From: Epiperipatus broadwayi
Taxonomy: Eukaryota; Animalia; Onychophora
Length of the DNA stretch: 64,000 bases
Assembly: GCA_028023455.1 (NCBI GenBank)
Contig: JAQFVV010000002.1
Span: 30,380,001-30,444,000 of the forward strand
Reading direction: 5' to 3'
Of the stretch, positions 24,820 to 37,301 are shown piece after piece. Position 1 is the stretch's first letter. Each line of letters starts with the position of its first letter. Under the pieces are notes generated by a model. It ran no database searches, was not told the DNA's origin, and saw only the letters and a list, made by a program, of their open reading frames with translations. The translations under genes were made by a program, and so were the position numbers.

Positions 24820-25000
24820 CTAATGTGGAATATCATTTTATCAGAGACTCAAGAAGCAGTATTGACATGAAATTAATTACCAAATAAATGGAAGAAAGAT
24901 ATTGGACACAAAAGAGTTGGTTAAAAAATGCTTTTATTGATTTAGCCAAGGCATTTGGATCAATTAATTGAATAGGCCCATGACACCATTCGAAAGCTAT
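24820..25000 (+). pseudogene. Decayed non-LTR RT fragment
   Basis: gcttttattgatttagccaaggcatttggatcaatt translates to AFIDLAKAFGSI, an RT motif. Confidence 0.55.
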
Positions 25001-27326
25001 CAAGGTTTATTCATATTTACAGTATTACATGATAGAATGAGACATGGTAGAATGAAAGGAAGTGATGCTATTGTAGGGGTAAAATATGAAGCACCTTAAG
25101 TGGGAATTGATGTTAAAACAAAGATATATATATTCTCCAACATTAATTTTTATGACAGTAGTCTTTGCAAAAGTTTACATGTGGCTTAATGAATAAGGGA
25201 TCAAGATGCCACATAGGTTTGACAGTAGAAGTTTTAATTTGTATTTCTTAAAGCAAAAACAAAAACATTTTTGGGGGGATTGTTAATTTACAGTAAGCTG
25301 ATGGTTGTACTATTTTTGCTAGTTCAAAAAACAATCTAAAGAATGTATTTAATGTTTTAAACATAACATGTAATTGCTAACTTAGTAGTTAATATTCAAA
25401 AACCTCAAGTTCTTAATAAATCATCAACTCGAACATGTAAGCTAATTTAATTTACGTAACACTTGGACATAAAAAAATTTACTTTTGAAAAAACATCTCA
25501 GAACATGCACCCAAATCCAATTTAGAACTAGTATAAAGGTACCGAAAATTGTGAGCTTGCACAAACATAACTAAAACTCCATGATAAGAAATTTACTTAT
25601 TTTCTAACTGAAGTACAATTATTGCTCTTGTAGTGCTAAATTTAAATGATATCAACAGTTGCCAATATAGCAATCCAGACTTTCAGGATACATGTTTTGA
25701 TATTCAAAATATACTATATTTTAAATTTAATATTATAGAAAGTGCATTTCCATTGATAATACTTTAACTTATATCAGTCCAAATTTGAGTTTCCATAAGG
25801 TTTTTACAAATTGAAAGGCTGTAGATGAAGAACATAGTCCCATATATCTGTCCATGATCACATAGGAAACCCAAAACAATATTGTACTTTATAGCACTTT
25901 ATTGTTGTTTATTACTAATTACAGTGTTATTACAAAAATGTAACTATGTCGAATGATACTTACATATTAAATCTGCTGCCTGTGTGTGATAGCAGAAAGT
26001 CGTAGTTGTGACTTTTTTACTATGATATTCTGCTGCCATAAATACCCCCCCCCCCCCGGAGAAAGAATGCTGTCACAAACACAGGCAGGATAGCATTCTT
26101 TCTCCAGCGGTGGGAGGATTGTGACATGTTTCCTGTGAATGTATGTTTCTTCTTAGGCTGTCATGTGTCAAATTCACAACCAATTAAAAAAAAATTACGT
26201 TTGCAAAGGAAGTAATTCTGCCGTTAATAAAAAATGCTCGGAAAAAAATCAATACATGTGCTTTTAACTGTTGTACAGAACTGAATAGATATAGTATATA
26301 AATTGTGATGAAAAATATGATTACAATACATAAATTCATGTTTGAAATATGATATTTAGTGGAGGGAAAAAATAGATGCTATAGTACAATATTTACATTC
26401 AGTTTTGGTTAGTGTATAATTGAAATACAAACGACAGCTTTCAAGTAGGTGAACAATTCTCACATGTATTCCTATAATATTAAAATCTTGTTAATTTATA
26501 TTAAATCTTTAAAAAAATTTGTTAAAGCAACCAATTAAAAAAAAAAGACGGCTTTTACATAGGCAGAGTACTGCTTGTTCAAATTTATCGCCTTTAATAA
26601 AAATTGAAATAATGAATAATGTCTCCGCAATTCCAAATTAAAGCTATTGCACATGAGTGAGTGATTTAATTCAATCCTGTAAGCCCAACCCATCATAAGG
26701 TTTGAAAATCAGTTATCAAGTTTACTTTATCCTCTATTACTTGTTCATGATGCGTCATATATATCTAGTGATCATTATAATATTTTATTTATCAAAAACG
26801 TATGGCAAAATATCTCTCACTGTCATGAATATTTTAACGGAATGTTTCACAAGTTTTAACATTAGAAGAGTGGAGTGTTTTCTTCATTATAAGATTTATC
26901 ATATAAATTATTTGTTCATCGATTTTATTTCCATTAATATTGAAAAGAAAAAAATACATGTTATAAATAATCTAGAGATGCATAAAAAAAGTATAATTTT
27001 ATTTAATAATTATATAAAACATAAATGTCAAAGTTTTAAAGTCTTTGAATATTATAAAATAAGAATAGTATCTTTGAATATTATAAAACAAGAGTAGTAC
27101 ATGTGCATAAAAAGAGAATGCTTATTAAAAATATCTATTTTGTAAATTTTTTTTAAATATCTATTTTAGAGAAGCATTTCTATGTATGTACATCTAAAAA
27201 TTGTTGACATTTTAAATATGATGTTAAAAGTACATGTACAAAGTTTATTTAAGCAAAAAAAAATTTTGAAGAAATTATTCTTTGTCTAAATTTAATTTAT
27301 CATTAAAATAGACATATCAATTACAG

Positions 27327-27617
27327 CATGGGTCCCCAACCCTATGCTGGCAGACCATTTTACGTGTGCCCGCCGCTATCCAAACACGATAAAAAATTAT
27401 TTATCTGATACAAATAAATTTAATTTTTAAAATTTCTTATAAATTATTGTATTATATTGTAATCAAATTGTAGGGCATACTATACTTTTACAGCGTAAAA
27501 GGGTCTATCATTAACAATGTCCAATTATAAATTTTACATTGAAAAAATAAATGATGCCCACCACCTGGCCAGTATTATAGAATGTGCTCTTAAGTGCAAA
27601 AAGGTTGGGGATCGCTG
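27327..27617. mobile_element. 291-bp hAT MITE
   Basis: TIRs CATGGGTCCCCAACC/GGTTGGGGATCGCTG with an 8-bp TSD aattacag/aactacag. Confidence 0.8.
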
Positions 27618-29556
27618 AACTACAGTATATCTTATATAGGATCATACAGGTATTTCTTACTGCCTGTGGGTAATTTCATTATTTGAAATCTAAATACATT
27701 ATAGTAAAATTGTATACTGTCTTATGTATGTTATATCTCAGAAGAGGCTGAGGTTGGATATTCATTGTGATTGTATTGATTTTATGAAAAAAAAAAATGT
27801 ATAAAATGTTATTTATAAAGCTGATCTAATTCCTTCAATAGTCATAAAGTATCCTACAGATACTGAATTACTACTTATATTATCAGAAAAGAAAAATTCT
27901 ATTTTGATTAATAAAATATATTTCTAGAATTTTATATATAATAGAAATGAGAAATTCTATTTAATTGATATGTGTTTCAGAGTTATATATATGTTGAAAG
28001 CATAACATGGATTGCTTACAATGCGGTTGAGATGCAGTATGATCGATAATGTGAAAGAAGTGCGACTAATATCACTTAATTTGCAATTTTTATGCGAACA
28101 AGTTTTATCTATTTCCACATAAGCTGAAACTATTTTATACTTTAGTAATCATTCACATTTAATAAAATAATAAAGAAATTTCTTAAGGTTATTCTCAATA
28201 ATATGTGCGCTCCGTGTCTTATTCTATTTTATTAATAAAAATCTTTGGCAAATGTACGGTTTCTTACTATAAGCACTAATTAAGAGTAATTCAATCTATG
28301 TTTTAAAACTAAGGTTAGTACTTTTAAATACAAAGTTGAGCAATGATTTATCTCAGGGTTGTATAAAATAAAAAAATGGCATAGATATCAAGTGTGTTTA
28401 TGAATTCTACGATACAATAATACAAAAGGGATTTTATGTACACTATCCTATCCAATACTTTTATATTTCAAATAGCATTAATACAATAATGATGTATTTA
28501 ATCCAGATAGATTTTACGTGTAAGTTAATATCTCAAATATGACCTTTATATCGTGAATATGCAATGATGATGTTTCTTTAATAATGACAAAAGATAAATA
28601 TTGAAAAATTAACAATTACTTAATTACCCAATATAAAATAAATGATAGAACAATAACAACAACAACAACAAATTATATAACAACTAATAAATATTACTCT
28701 TTATTTCCTAAATCTAATTTGAACTTGGGATATGAAAAACGTGTTACGAGATAGTGTCATGAAGATACTAACATTAAATAAGAATAAGTTATTTACTATT
28801 TCAAAATAATCTTCAATTTAAATACTGGAGGATAATAATTATCATCATCATTAAAGATGTTTTACAGTCGTTCTTAATTAGTTTGTTTCACTAATTAATC
28901 AATCATTAATCAACCTCAATAATGTTTTCACTCCGTTAAGAAAAGCAAGTACAAATCATGGCTTAGCAGACCTAGATGATATTTACCACATTTGGCTTAT
29001 TTATTTTGCTTCAAGATTCTTTACAGGATTCAATTGCAGGCTTAAACGTTAGGAGTGTTACTCTACTGATAAATTATAACTAGATCATTAGAATGCCTTA
29101 TTATATACTATATAACAATGAAAAATTAACACTAACATATGAGTGATGCATAAAATATTCCTTACAGATCTACGTATCTAAATAAGGCTGATTAACTCCA
29201 TTTAATTTTGAGGTTGAAATTTAAGCACTTATAAAACATATTTGCCATATAGCATAGATTTATATAAATTTAATAATTACTTATGTTTGTACAACCTAAA
29301 CCTAAGGTAAACCCCATTTAATACCATTCAATCTCAACAATAACAATATTAAATAAAAATATTATCTGTAATCTGAGCATAGTAATATCTGGAAAGACTT
29401 GATTCCATTAATAACAACAATAATATTAATTAAATAAGAAAGAAGCAATTATAAAAAAATGCATTAAATAATCCATCCAGTTTATTGAACAATTAATTTC
29501 ATTTTTGTAATGTCATCTTTTCTGGAAACAACATAAAGATTAGTAAATTTTACTTA

Positions 29557-30740
29557 CCATACTTGATAATCCAGAATAATATATAATTAAAACATTAATC
29601 CATTTTTAAGACTGCTTATAACTCGGACATTTATCATATTTCACATTGGCTTTGATAATCCACAATTCAGGAGTGGCATTTAAATATTTAGCTTCAGAAT
29701 CCATTATCCATTGAATGGTATTTAAATATTCAGCACTGATAATCCATAATGCAATTTCTTAAGGACAGGATACAAATTCGTACTTTATTCCAGCTTATTC
29801 CATGCAGCGATTTAATTTATTTGAACAGATGTTATGATTTTAACCAAAAATTAGCATTCCTTACTTCTTTGAGATATAAAATTAATTTATTCATCTATAG
29901 ATCTTTAATCCATGATACCAGTAATTCTGATCACATCTCTGATAAAGAAAATAGTTTACTAACCTTAACAAAATGACTTTCATTATTTTTTGAACCAAAA
30001 TTCGTTTCTCTAAGCAACAAGTTTATATGGAGACATATTTGAATTGAAAAAATTATTGTTTAAAGTTTTTCCTTACATAATTAAGGATGAGACAATTCAC
30101 AACATTGAGACGAATATACATCCTGTCTTGTAGTGAAGAAAATAATTATTTTTATAATAATTTGGAAAATAAGCATCGATAATTTGTTTGAAATTAAGAA
30201 ATATATTTTTCCAAAAATATATCAGCTAATTACCATTACTTTCAATTGAAGCAATCCAGCAATTTATTGTTGAAATAGTGAGACAGCATACTACAGGTCA
30301 ATTTGTCCATTTTCCCACTAACAGTTGATTGTAATAAATGAGATTTCTTGAAATAAAGAATTAATGAATCAATTAATGATAGTTTTTTGATTTATCCATT
30401 GTTGTTCATCTTTCTCCTAGAACAATGAGAAGTCATTTGTCTAGAAAAGGCAACTGTCAAGCTGTTTTTCTAGCCAGTCACCATAGGGTAGATGACAAAC
30501 AAAACGGCTAAAAATTTGAACCTGTTTAGGTCCTGATTGCAATGAAAATTTGTAAAAGACTGTCTGGATTTTCCTAACTTCAGCTTTTATACCAGTTATC
30601 ACATGATGTCTGGATTACAGAATATTCTCCGTCATGCATTGGGGTTTCTTCATTTGTCATGAAATATTGGAAGAGGTCATCATGGTTTCTACCAGGCAAA
30701 ATGGTAGATGCTAAGATTTTTGAATGAAGGTAGTAAAACT
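29557..30740 (-). pseudogene. Decayed exon-like coding remnant, possibly a transposon-borne Ulp1/C48 protease
   Basis: Bounded by acceptor-like (...tttctaaag) and donor-like (tg|gtaagt) motifs. Broken frames give SLQDRMYIRLNVVN...CDQNYWY/GIMD...FVSCP*EIALWIISAEYL, in the order of Ulp1 motifs, with many stops. Confidence 0.4.
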
Positions 30741-31444
30741 TTAGAAACACCGTTCAAAAATGAAGAATAAAAAAGAAAATAATAATTTTGGTCTTTTTCA
30801 ATGGCTTCACTTTTTTTTCTGGGTTTTAAAATAACATTATAAATATTTATTTAAAACAAATAAATCATAAACTTTAAAGTTCTGATAATTATTCCATAAA
30901 CTTTAAAGTTCTCAGATATTGATTCAATTAATTTTAAAGTGAAATTGGCCCGTTAATAAATAATTTCTTGTTAAATAAATATTCTAGCAACTAAATCAAT
31001 GTGCTAAATAAAAATCTAAACATGTATGCTTACACATGCACACAAAATACAAGAACTGTTTATTCTACACAAATAAAATATTTTAGGATTGTAATGTTGG
31101 ATTTATAATTCTATTCTATATTTCTATTTTTGAATTATTTGTTTTTGTACATTGTGAGCTCTTCTTTTGTTTTATTCAGTTGACAACTTTATTCCTTAAT
31201 AAAAATAATGAAATATGAGCAGATATACTTTTTTTATATAAATATAGAAGTCTATAAAAAAAAATCTGCCTAGAAAGCTATTCAAAAATAAACATTAGTA
31301 TGAGAGACTATTTAAATGTGATAATGATTATATTCTATGTTATACAACTAATGAGAGAGATGAATTTTCTTTCTTATTACATTGCCAAATCCATTTAAGA
31401 TAATATTAATATCATTTATGTTCTTTATTATTTTTACAGTGCTT

Positions 31445-32222
31445 TTTGCGACCTACTATTGGATGGTTTCGATTGCCCCAACCATCTTCTTCAGAACTAT
31501 AACAGACACTATACCAATACATGATTACAAATATAAATATGCATGAACATATAATTTTACATTTTATATATATTCGATCTTATAATCATTATTTATATAC
31601 CCACATATATCTTTATATACCTCTCTACATAATTATTACCTTTTATATATTATACATTTTATCTTTTTTGATATTCTATATTTATCAATCAATATCATAT
31701 ATATATTATTTTTATTTCATTTATTTTTTATTTTATTCTTATTAATTTTTAATATTTAATTCTAACATTATATATTCATATTTTACATTATTATTTATTA
31801 TATTAACATTCAATATGTATAATTTTCTTTAACTTATAATATTATTTTTAAATATATAAAATTTATTCATTATTCCATCTTATTGGATGATCACGTTAGC
31901 ATGTTTAAGGCATATCTGTTGAAGGCATTAGCTTTCACATTATTACAATATTATTTTTTTAACATATTTTTTATACCTATCTTCTAAGTATTTTCAAATT
32001 TTAACTGCTATCAATTCAAACTTTTACATTATACAGTTATATTTAGTGACTCCCTCTTTCTATTTTTTTTCTAATTAAATCTATTTTTTTTTATATATCA
32101 AAATTTTTTTTGCAGCCTAAATCTCTATTTAATACTGGCTGAATATATATAAGGTATAAAAAAAATGTTAAAATATAATATTATAGATTAAAGAAAATTA
32201 CACATACTGAATGTTAATATAA

Positions 32223-32276
<54 letters not shown>

Positions 32277-32510
32277 TAAAATATAAAAATATGAATATAT
32301 AATGTTTGAATTAAATATTTAAAAAAATTAATAAGAATAAAATAAAAAATGAAATAAAAATAATATATATATATGATCATAGGAAGTATTGATTGATAAA
32401 TATAGAATATAAAAAAGGTTAAGATATATAATATATAAAAAGGTAATAATTATATAGAGGTATATAAAGATATGTGGGTATATAAATAATGATTATAAGA
32501 TAGAATATAT
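31445..32510. repeat. Family C inverted doublet (arms ~31568-31850 and ~32170-32510) with an HHR-like motif at 31445-31500 (-) and (AAT)n at 32225-32275
   Basis: The arms are reverse complements (e.g. ataatcattatttatatacccacata). The minus strand reads AUAGUU-CUGAAGA-A-GAUGG..CAAUC-GAAAC. Confidence 0.8.
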
Positions 32511-35359
32511 GTATTGTGCCAGTCATATACATTAATTTTATTTAGCTATTATTTAAACTATAAAATAAATGAAGTTGTCTGTGTATATATTTTTTTTAAC
32601 CACACACACACACAAGAATATTAACTTCTCAAAGTGTAAATTGATGCATAATGTTATATATGCGTACAATATTTTTGATTCATTTTATTTTTTTTATAAA
32701 TGTAAATATATTACTTGTATAATTTTATATTATAGTTTATTGATTTTTTTTTCTGTAAAAAGTTGTTTACGTGTTGGAACATGTTTTAAAAGAAATAAAA
32801 ATAGATAAAATAATTAGAAAGTAATTATAGATGTTCTAACACGTGATATATTTTTTTTAATTAGCAGATTTTCGATTAATCCATTAAGAAAAATCAGATG
32901 GCTATTGTGCCACCAAATATAAAAATGCACTAATGTATTTTTAGCCATTCTGCTTTGTACTCTTATTTTTACTAACAAAAAAGTGCAGAGAAATCGGACA
33001 CCAAGAGAGATAGAAAATCTTGTTAATTTTAACTCTATAGCAAAATATTTTTTTTTCTCTTTGTATGTAAAGTTGAAACTGATGTTATCAATTAGCGGTC
33101 TGAGTCGCCCAGATTAAGTTAAATTAAATATTGTAAAATTAATTAAAACTAACATTCTGTAAGAAATAAACTATGTAAGTTATTTTTAAATCAATTAGCC
33201 ACCAAGATATAAGCTTGAGGCAATGATTTGAAGGGGGGTAAACAAATTGACCATGTAATGGAGTTGCTATATATACTGTTCACCCGATGCTGGGCGATCA
33301 TTATCATTATTCTCTTATTCTTTCTCTGCTTGTCTGGTTCGTTTTTCCAGAGAGACTTCAAGAAATAATTCTTTATTCTCAGTTGTTTTTCCAGAGACTT
33401 CAAGAGACTATTTATTTAATGGTATGCTTCTTCCCAGAGAGATTTGTAGATATATAATCAGAGAGATTGAAAAAACAAGCTAAGCTATTTTAGAAGATAT
33501 TTTGCATGATCATTGCAGGCCGACTAGTATTATATTTTAGTCTCTGCCAATATTTCATGACTTCCAACTAAAGCTGAGGTTACTTATGCAGAAGACCATA
33601 GCTATGGGGTAAAGACTTAAAATAATAACACTGCATAAATATTTAAATAAAAATTGGAAATGTTTTATCTTGATTGACGTTTTCACTACCAGTTGAGAGT
33701 CCTTAGCAGCCGCATGAGTTATACTTTCAATATTTCATTTTAAAGATTAAATCTTTATTCTGCATTATCAATAAAATGTATGTTATTTATTAGAAATACA
33801 AGTTTGCAAAGAAACATTCTCAAAAATGATATTTCAATTTTGCAAATATAAAAAAAAAATTAACTGAATACTTAATCAGAACAATAGCATTTTTTTTTAT
33901 CAGATGATTGCCACATTGATGATAAAAATATTTAATAAATTAAATATTTGTTATTTGAACTCCATTTCTAAAATCCTAAAGAATTACTGTTAAGTCATCA
34001 TAAAACAACAAAATTTTGTTCTAAAATTTAAAATTGCACTTATAATTATTAGAAAATAACAAAAAAACAACTTCTAAAATGTTTGTAAAACTATTTTTTC
34101 AAAACAATTTTTTTACCATGAGCACATTTTTCTTGACTTTTCTTAAAAACAAACATTTTCTAAGAAAATTTAAATGTAATCATGAATATTTTTATTTTAA
34201 AATAAATATTTTACCAATATTTTGCAAAAAAAAAAAAAACCCTAAATATATAAACTACGGAAAATGTAGGAATTTTTCTTTTTGAAATGAAACCAAAGAA
34301 ATGACACTTTCAAAAGTTTTGCGTTCTCAGGGCCTAAAAACAAATAATCTTCTAATCAACATCTTGTTGGCTCATTTTTTTAAAACTAACACATCAATAT
34401 ATGAGTTTATTTTAATTCCAGTTTCTGCCACCAAAATGTAAAACTGCCAAATGAACACTACAGATAGGAGCAAGAGTGTGAAGATAAAACCAAAAGCAAT
34501 CACAAACGCTGCTGGTAGTGAGACCATTAAAATAACTTCATTACAAAAAAAAAAACAGTAACAATAATGTACGTTTTTGTGTAGTTTAAATTAACAATGC
34601 ATTTCTATTCTTTTTTTTCTCTACAGTTTCGATGGTCTAACAAACTTCTTACAGCTGAAACAGTAAGAAAAAACAGTATACAGTAACAATAATATACACC
34701 GTTAATTTAAAAGTGAAAGAAAAAGTAAATTATTTTATTATGCATAAAAGCAATGCAAAAAGAGTAAAACAACATCATACAAAAAAGACACTTATAGCAA
34801 TATTTGCAGCTATAGTTACAAGACGTACAATCTTAAGATTATTATTATTATAGTCTAAAAATTTAACAATATTCATCATTAGTCTTAACATTAAAGAGAA
34901 AAACAATTCATTACATAGCAACAAAGACATTTCCTGCTTAATACTGAGAATCGATGCGATACTGTTTTTACTCATATCAATTGAAAAAATTAAATATACA
35001 ATTTCTATTTAAACAAAACGATTTATTGCAAAATTTAGCAGTCAACTTTCATTCAATCAGCATTGATTAAAATGTCTTTGAATTATAGTTATATAGGACG
35101 ATCACCGATTCTTTTTTTTTTCCTAAATGAATTGAACACAAAAAAATTTCTTGACATTATTTTTTAAACTTATCCAAATTACTTGATTTTAAGGGACCCA
35201 TTAAATATTTAATACTTTTTTGGCTTCCATAATTAAAACCATTATACAATGAATATGGGTGATAGTTGTATGTACGAATTAATTTAAATTAAATACTCAA
35301 TCTACATAAGACTGAAATAAACAACTGTTTTATGTAGATTGATTATTTAATTTATATAT

Positions 35360-37301
35360 TGTAACCCGCCCCCTGCTGGCTTCCGTACCGAAAGCCCAGT
35401 AAAGTCACGTCCTTTATATCTGGACGCTTTTGCCGTATTCCTACGGTGACATTCTCATGTTTTGGTTGATGGTTCACTTCTATGAACCTGCTGTGTTCTT
35501 GCGTCTGGGGGATTACATAATGTTCTGTGAAGATAATTTCAAACACATATACACGTACGCTTTATTTATTTTATACGTAAATTCGGATTGAATCCAAGTA
35601 GTAGGCGCCAGGAGAACTTTTATAAGAGTCTGCCATGTATGTGCATAAGCTCACTCAACTATACCACAAAACATGCCTGTGCATCACTCCAGTCGGAAGC
35701 AAGAAACGAACACAGCCTATATTGCCTTTCAAATTACATCGTATATGTGATCTTTCACTCACGATCAATCAGACTTATCATATTAGGGCCCGCCCTATAT
35801 CCCACAGAATAAATTAATCAACACTTAATATTAATCTAAGAAAGCATAATAAACATAAATATAATCAAATCCCAACAACAAAAATATCAAATGCATTCAT
35901 TCATATACAAACAAACTTGATCGCTCCAGCACTCATTCCCTATTACATAAATTTATGTTGAAATTCCAAGCAATTAATAACAAAAAATACTAGTTAAATA
36001 AATGTTTTATTTTAATCTGTTTAATAACAATTCATGCAGGTATATGACCGGCAAGCCGAGATAATTTAAATATAGCTTTCAAGGTGACTTCGCACATATT
36101 TTAAAGAATGTTAATCTGTAGGCAAACTTATTTGGTTAGGTTCTCTAATCGTTCATTAATGGTCATGAGTAACTTTATCATTTTAGCTTAATGTTTTTAA
36201 TAGTTCTTGGTTTTTAAAGTTATTTTACTTTGGTGCATAAATAAATACGATAATTTAAAGGTAGCTACCTGTGGAACGTAGAAAGACTGTAAGAGGGATC
36301 CTGAGCGATGATTTCTTCTTTAACGAAGCATTCTGGCAATTTGCAAGGTCTCAAAAGCGTGTGTGGTCCTTATGTGAAGTTTCTCCGGTGTTACGAGCAT
36401 CCTAGGGGCAATCAGCTGAGCTGGACGTGGAGGTCCGGCGGTCAAGCCGCGAATTTTAGGTTCAGCAACGCATCTCCGTTATATTTCTACACGAAAGTTA
36501 GATTTTATTTCTTCTAATTCTAATTTAATAATAATCCATAATCTAGCGCTGTCCGGCCTTTTTGATCTCTTCCTTCCCGCCCTCACACCTTGAATTTTTT
36601 TCACCCAATCACTCCCATGCACCTGTGAGTCCCTTCATCTTATAAGTCCATCGAGTATTAACTCAATTCAGTGATTTCTGGGATCGTTTGTACCACTTTG
36701 AAATTTAACTCAATTTGACCATTTTTTCAGGTATTGTTTCGCTGGAGACAGAAGTCTGAGTTGTACAATAGCAGTGTACACTTTTTCTCACCTCTGTTTC
36801 TAAATTCGGCTTATTTTATCTAGGCGTACCAACGCATATCCTGCCTATTGTTTCAATTTCTCTAATTTTACATTTACTAATTACTCCCATTTAAAATAAT
36901 TTTAGATCGCTTGGAATTTCAGAACATATTGCAAATTAATTAATTCATTTTCCCTTTTTGTTCCAAATGATTTAATAAAAATGTCAAACTTGCGTTCAAT
37001 CATTCATCTTTATTTAATTAAAAAAAAAACACAAAAAACTTACAACTAATGATTCCAGATTTATCCTTAAAAAAAAACAAAATAATAAAAAAACTCTTTT
37101 ACTTTTTTATTTCAATAAATTTGACAGGTACTCCTATATAGCTGCGATCATGCTTTAGAAACGGCTGTATCTCGTTTATTATTAAAGCAAGACCGCTTTT
37201 TTTAAAAGTTTTGTTCCTGTCATTCATTTCGTCAATTACATATATGTTGATATAACCTCATATGCCTGGGTTCAAATCCCATGTAACGCTATTCCGTTAC
37301 A
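35360..37301. mobile_element. 1.94-kb solo-LTR-like element
   Basis: TGTAAC...GTTACA termini with a perfect ATAT TSD on both sides. It is GC-richer than its flanks and has no ORF of note. Confidence 0.75.

Noticed and set aside
26702-27097. 131-aa ORF and similar low-complexity ORFs (18986-19276, 31521-31745, 32198-32380, 51505-51792)
   Set aside because: They have the Ile/Tyr/Phe/Asn/Lys-rich composition expected from AT-rich non-coding DNA or microsatellites, with no motifs or splice support.
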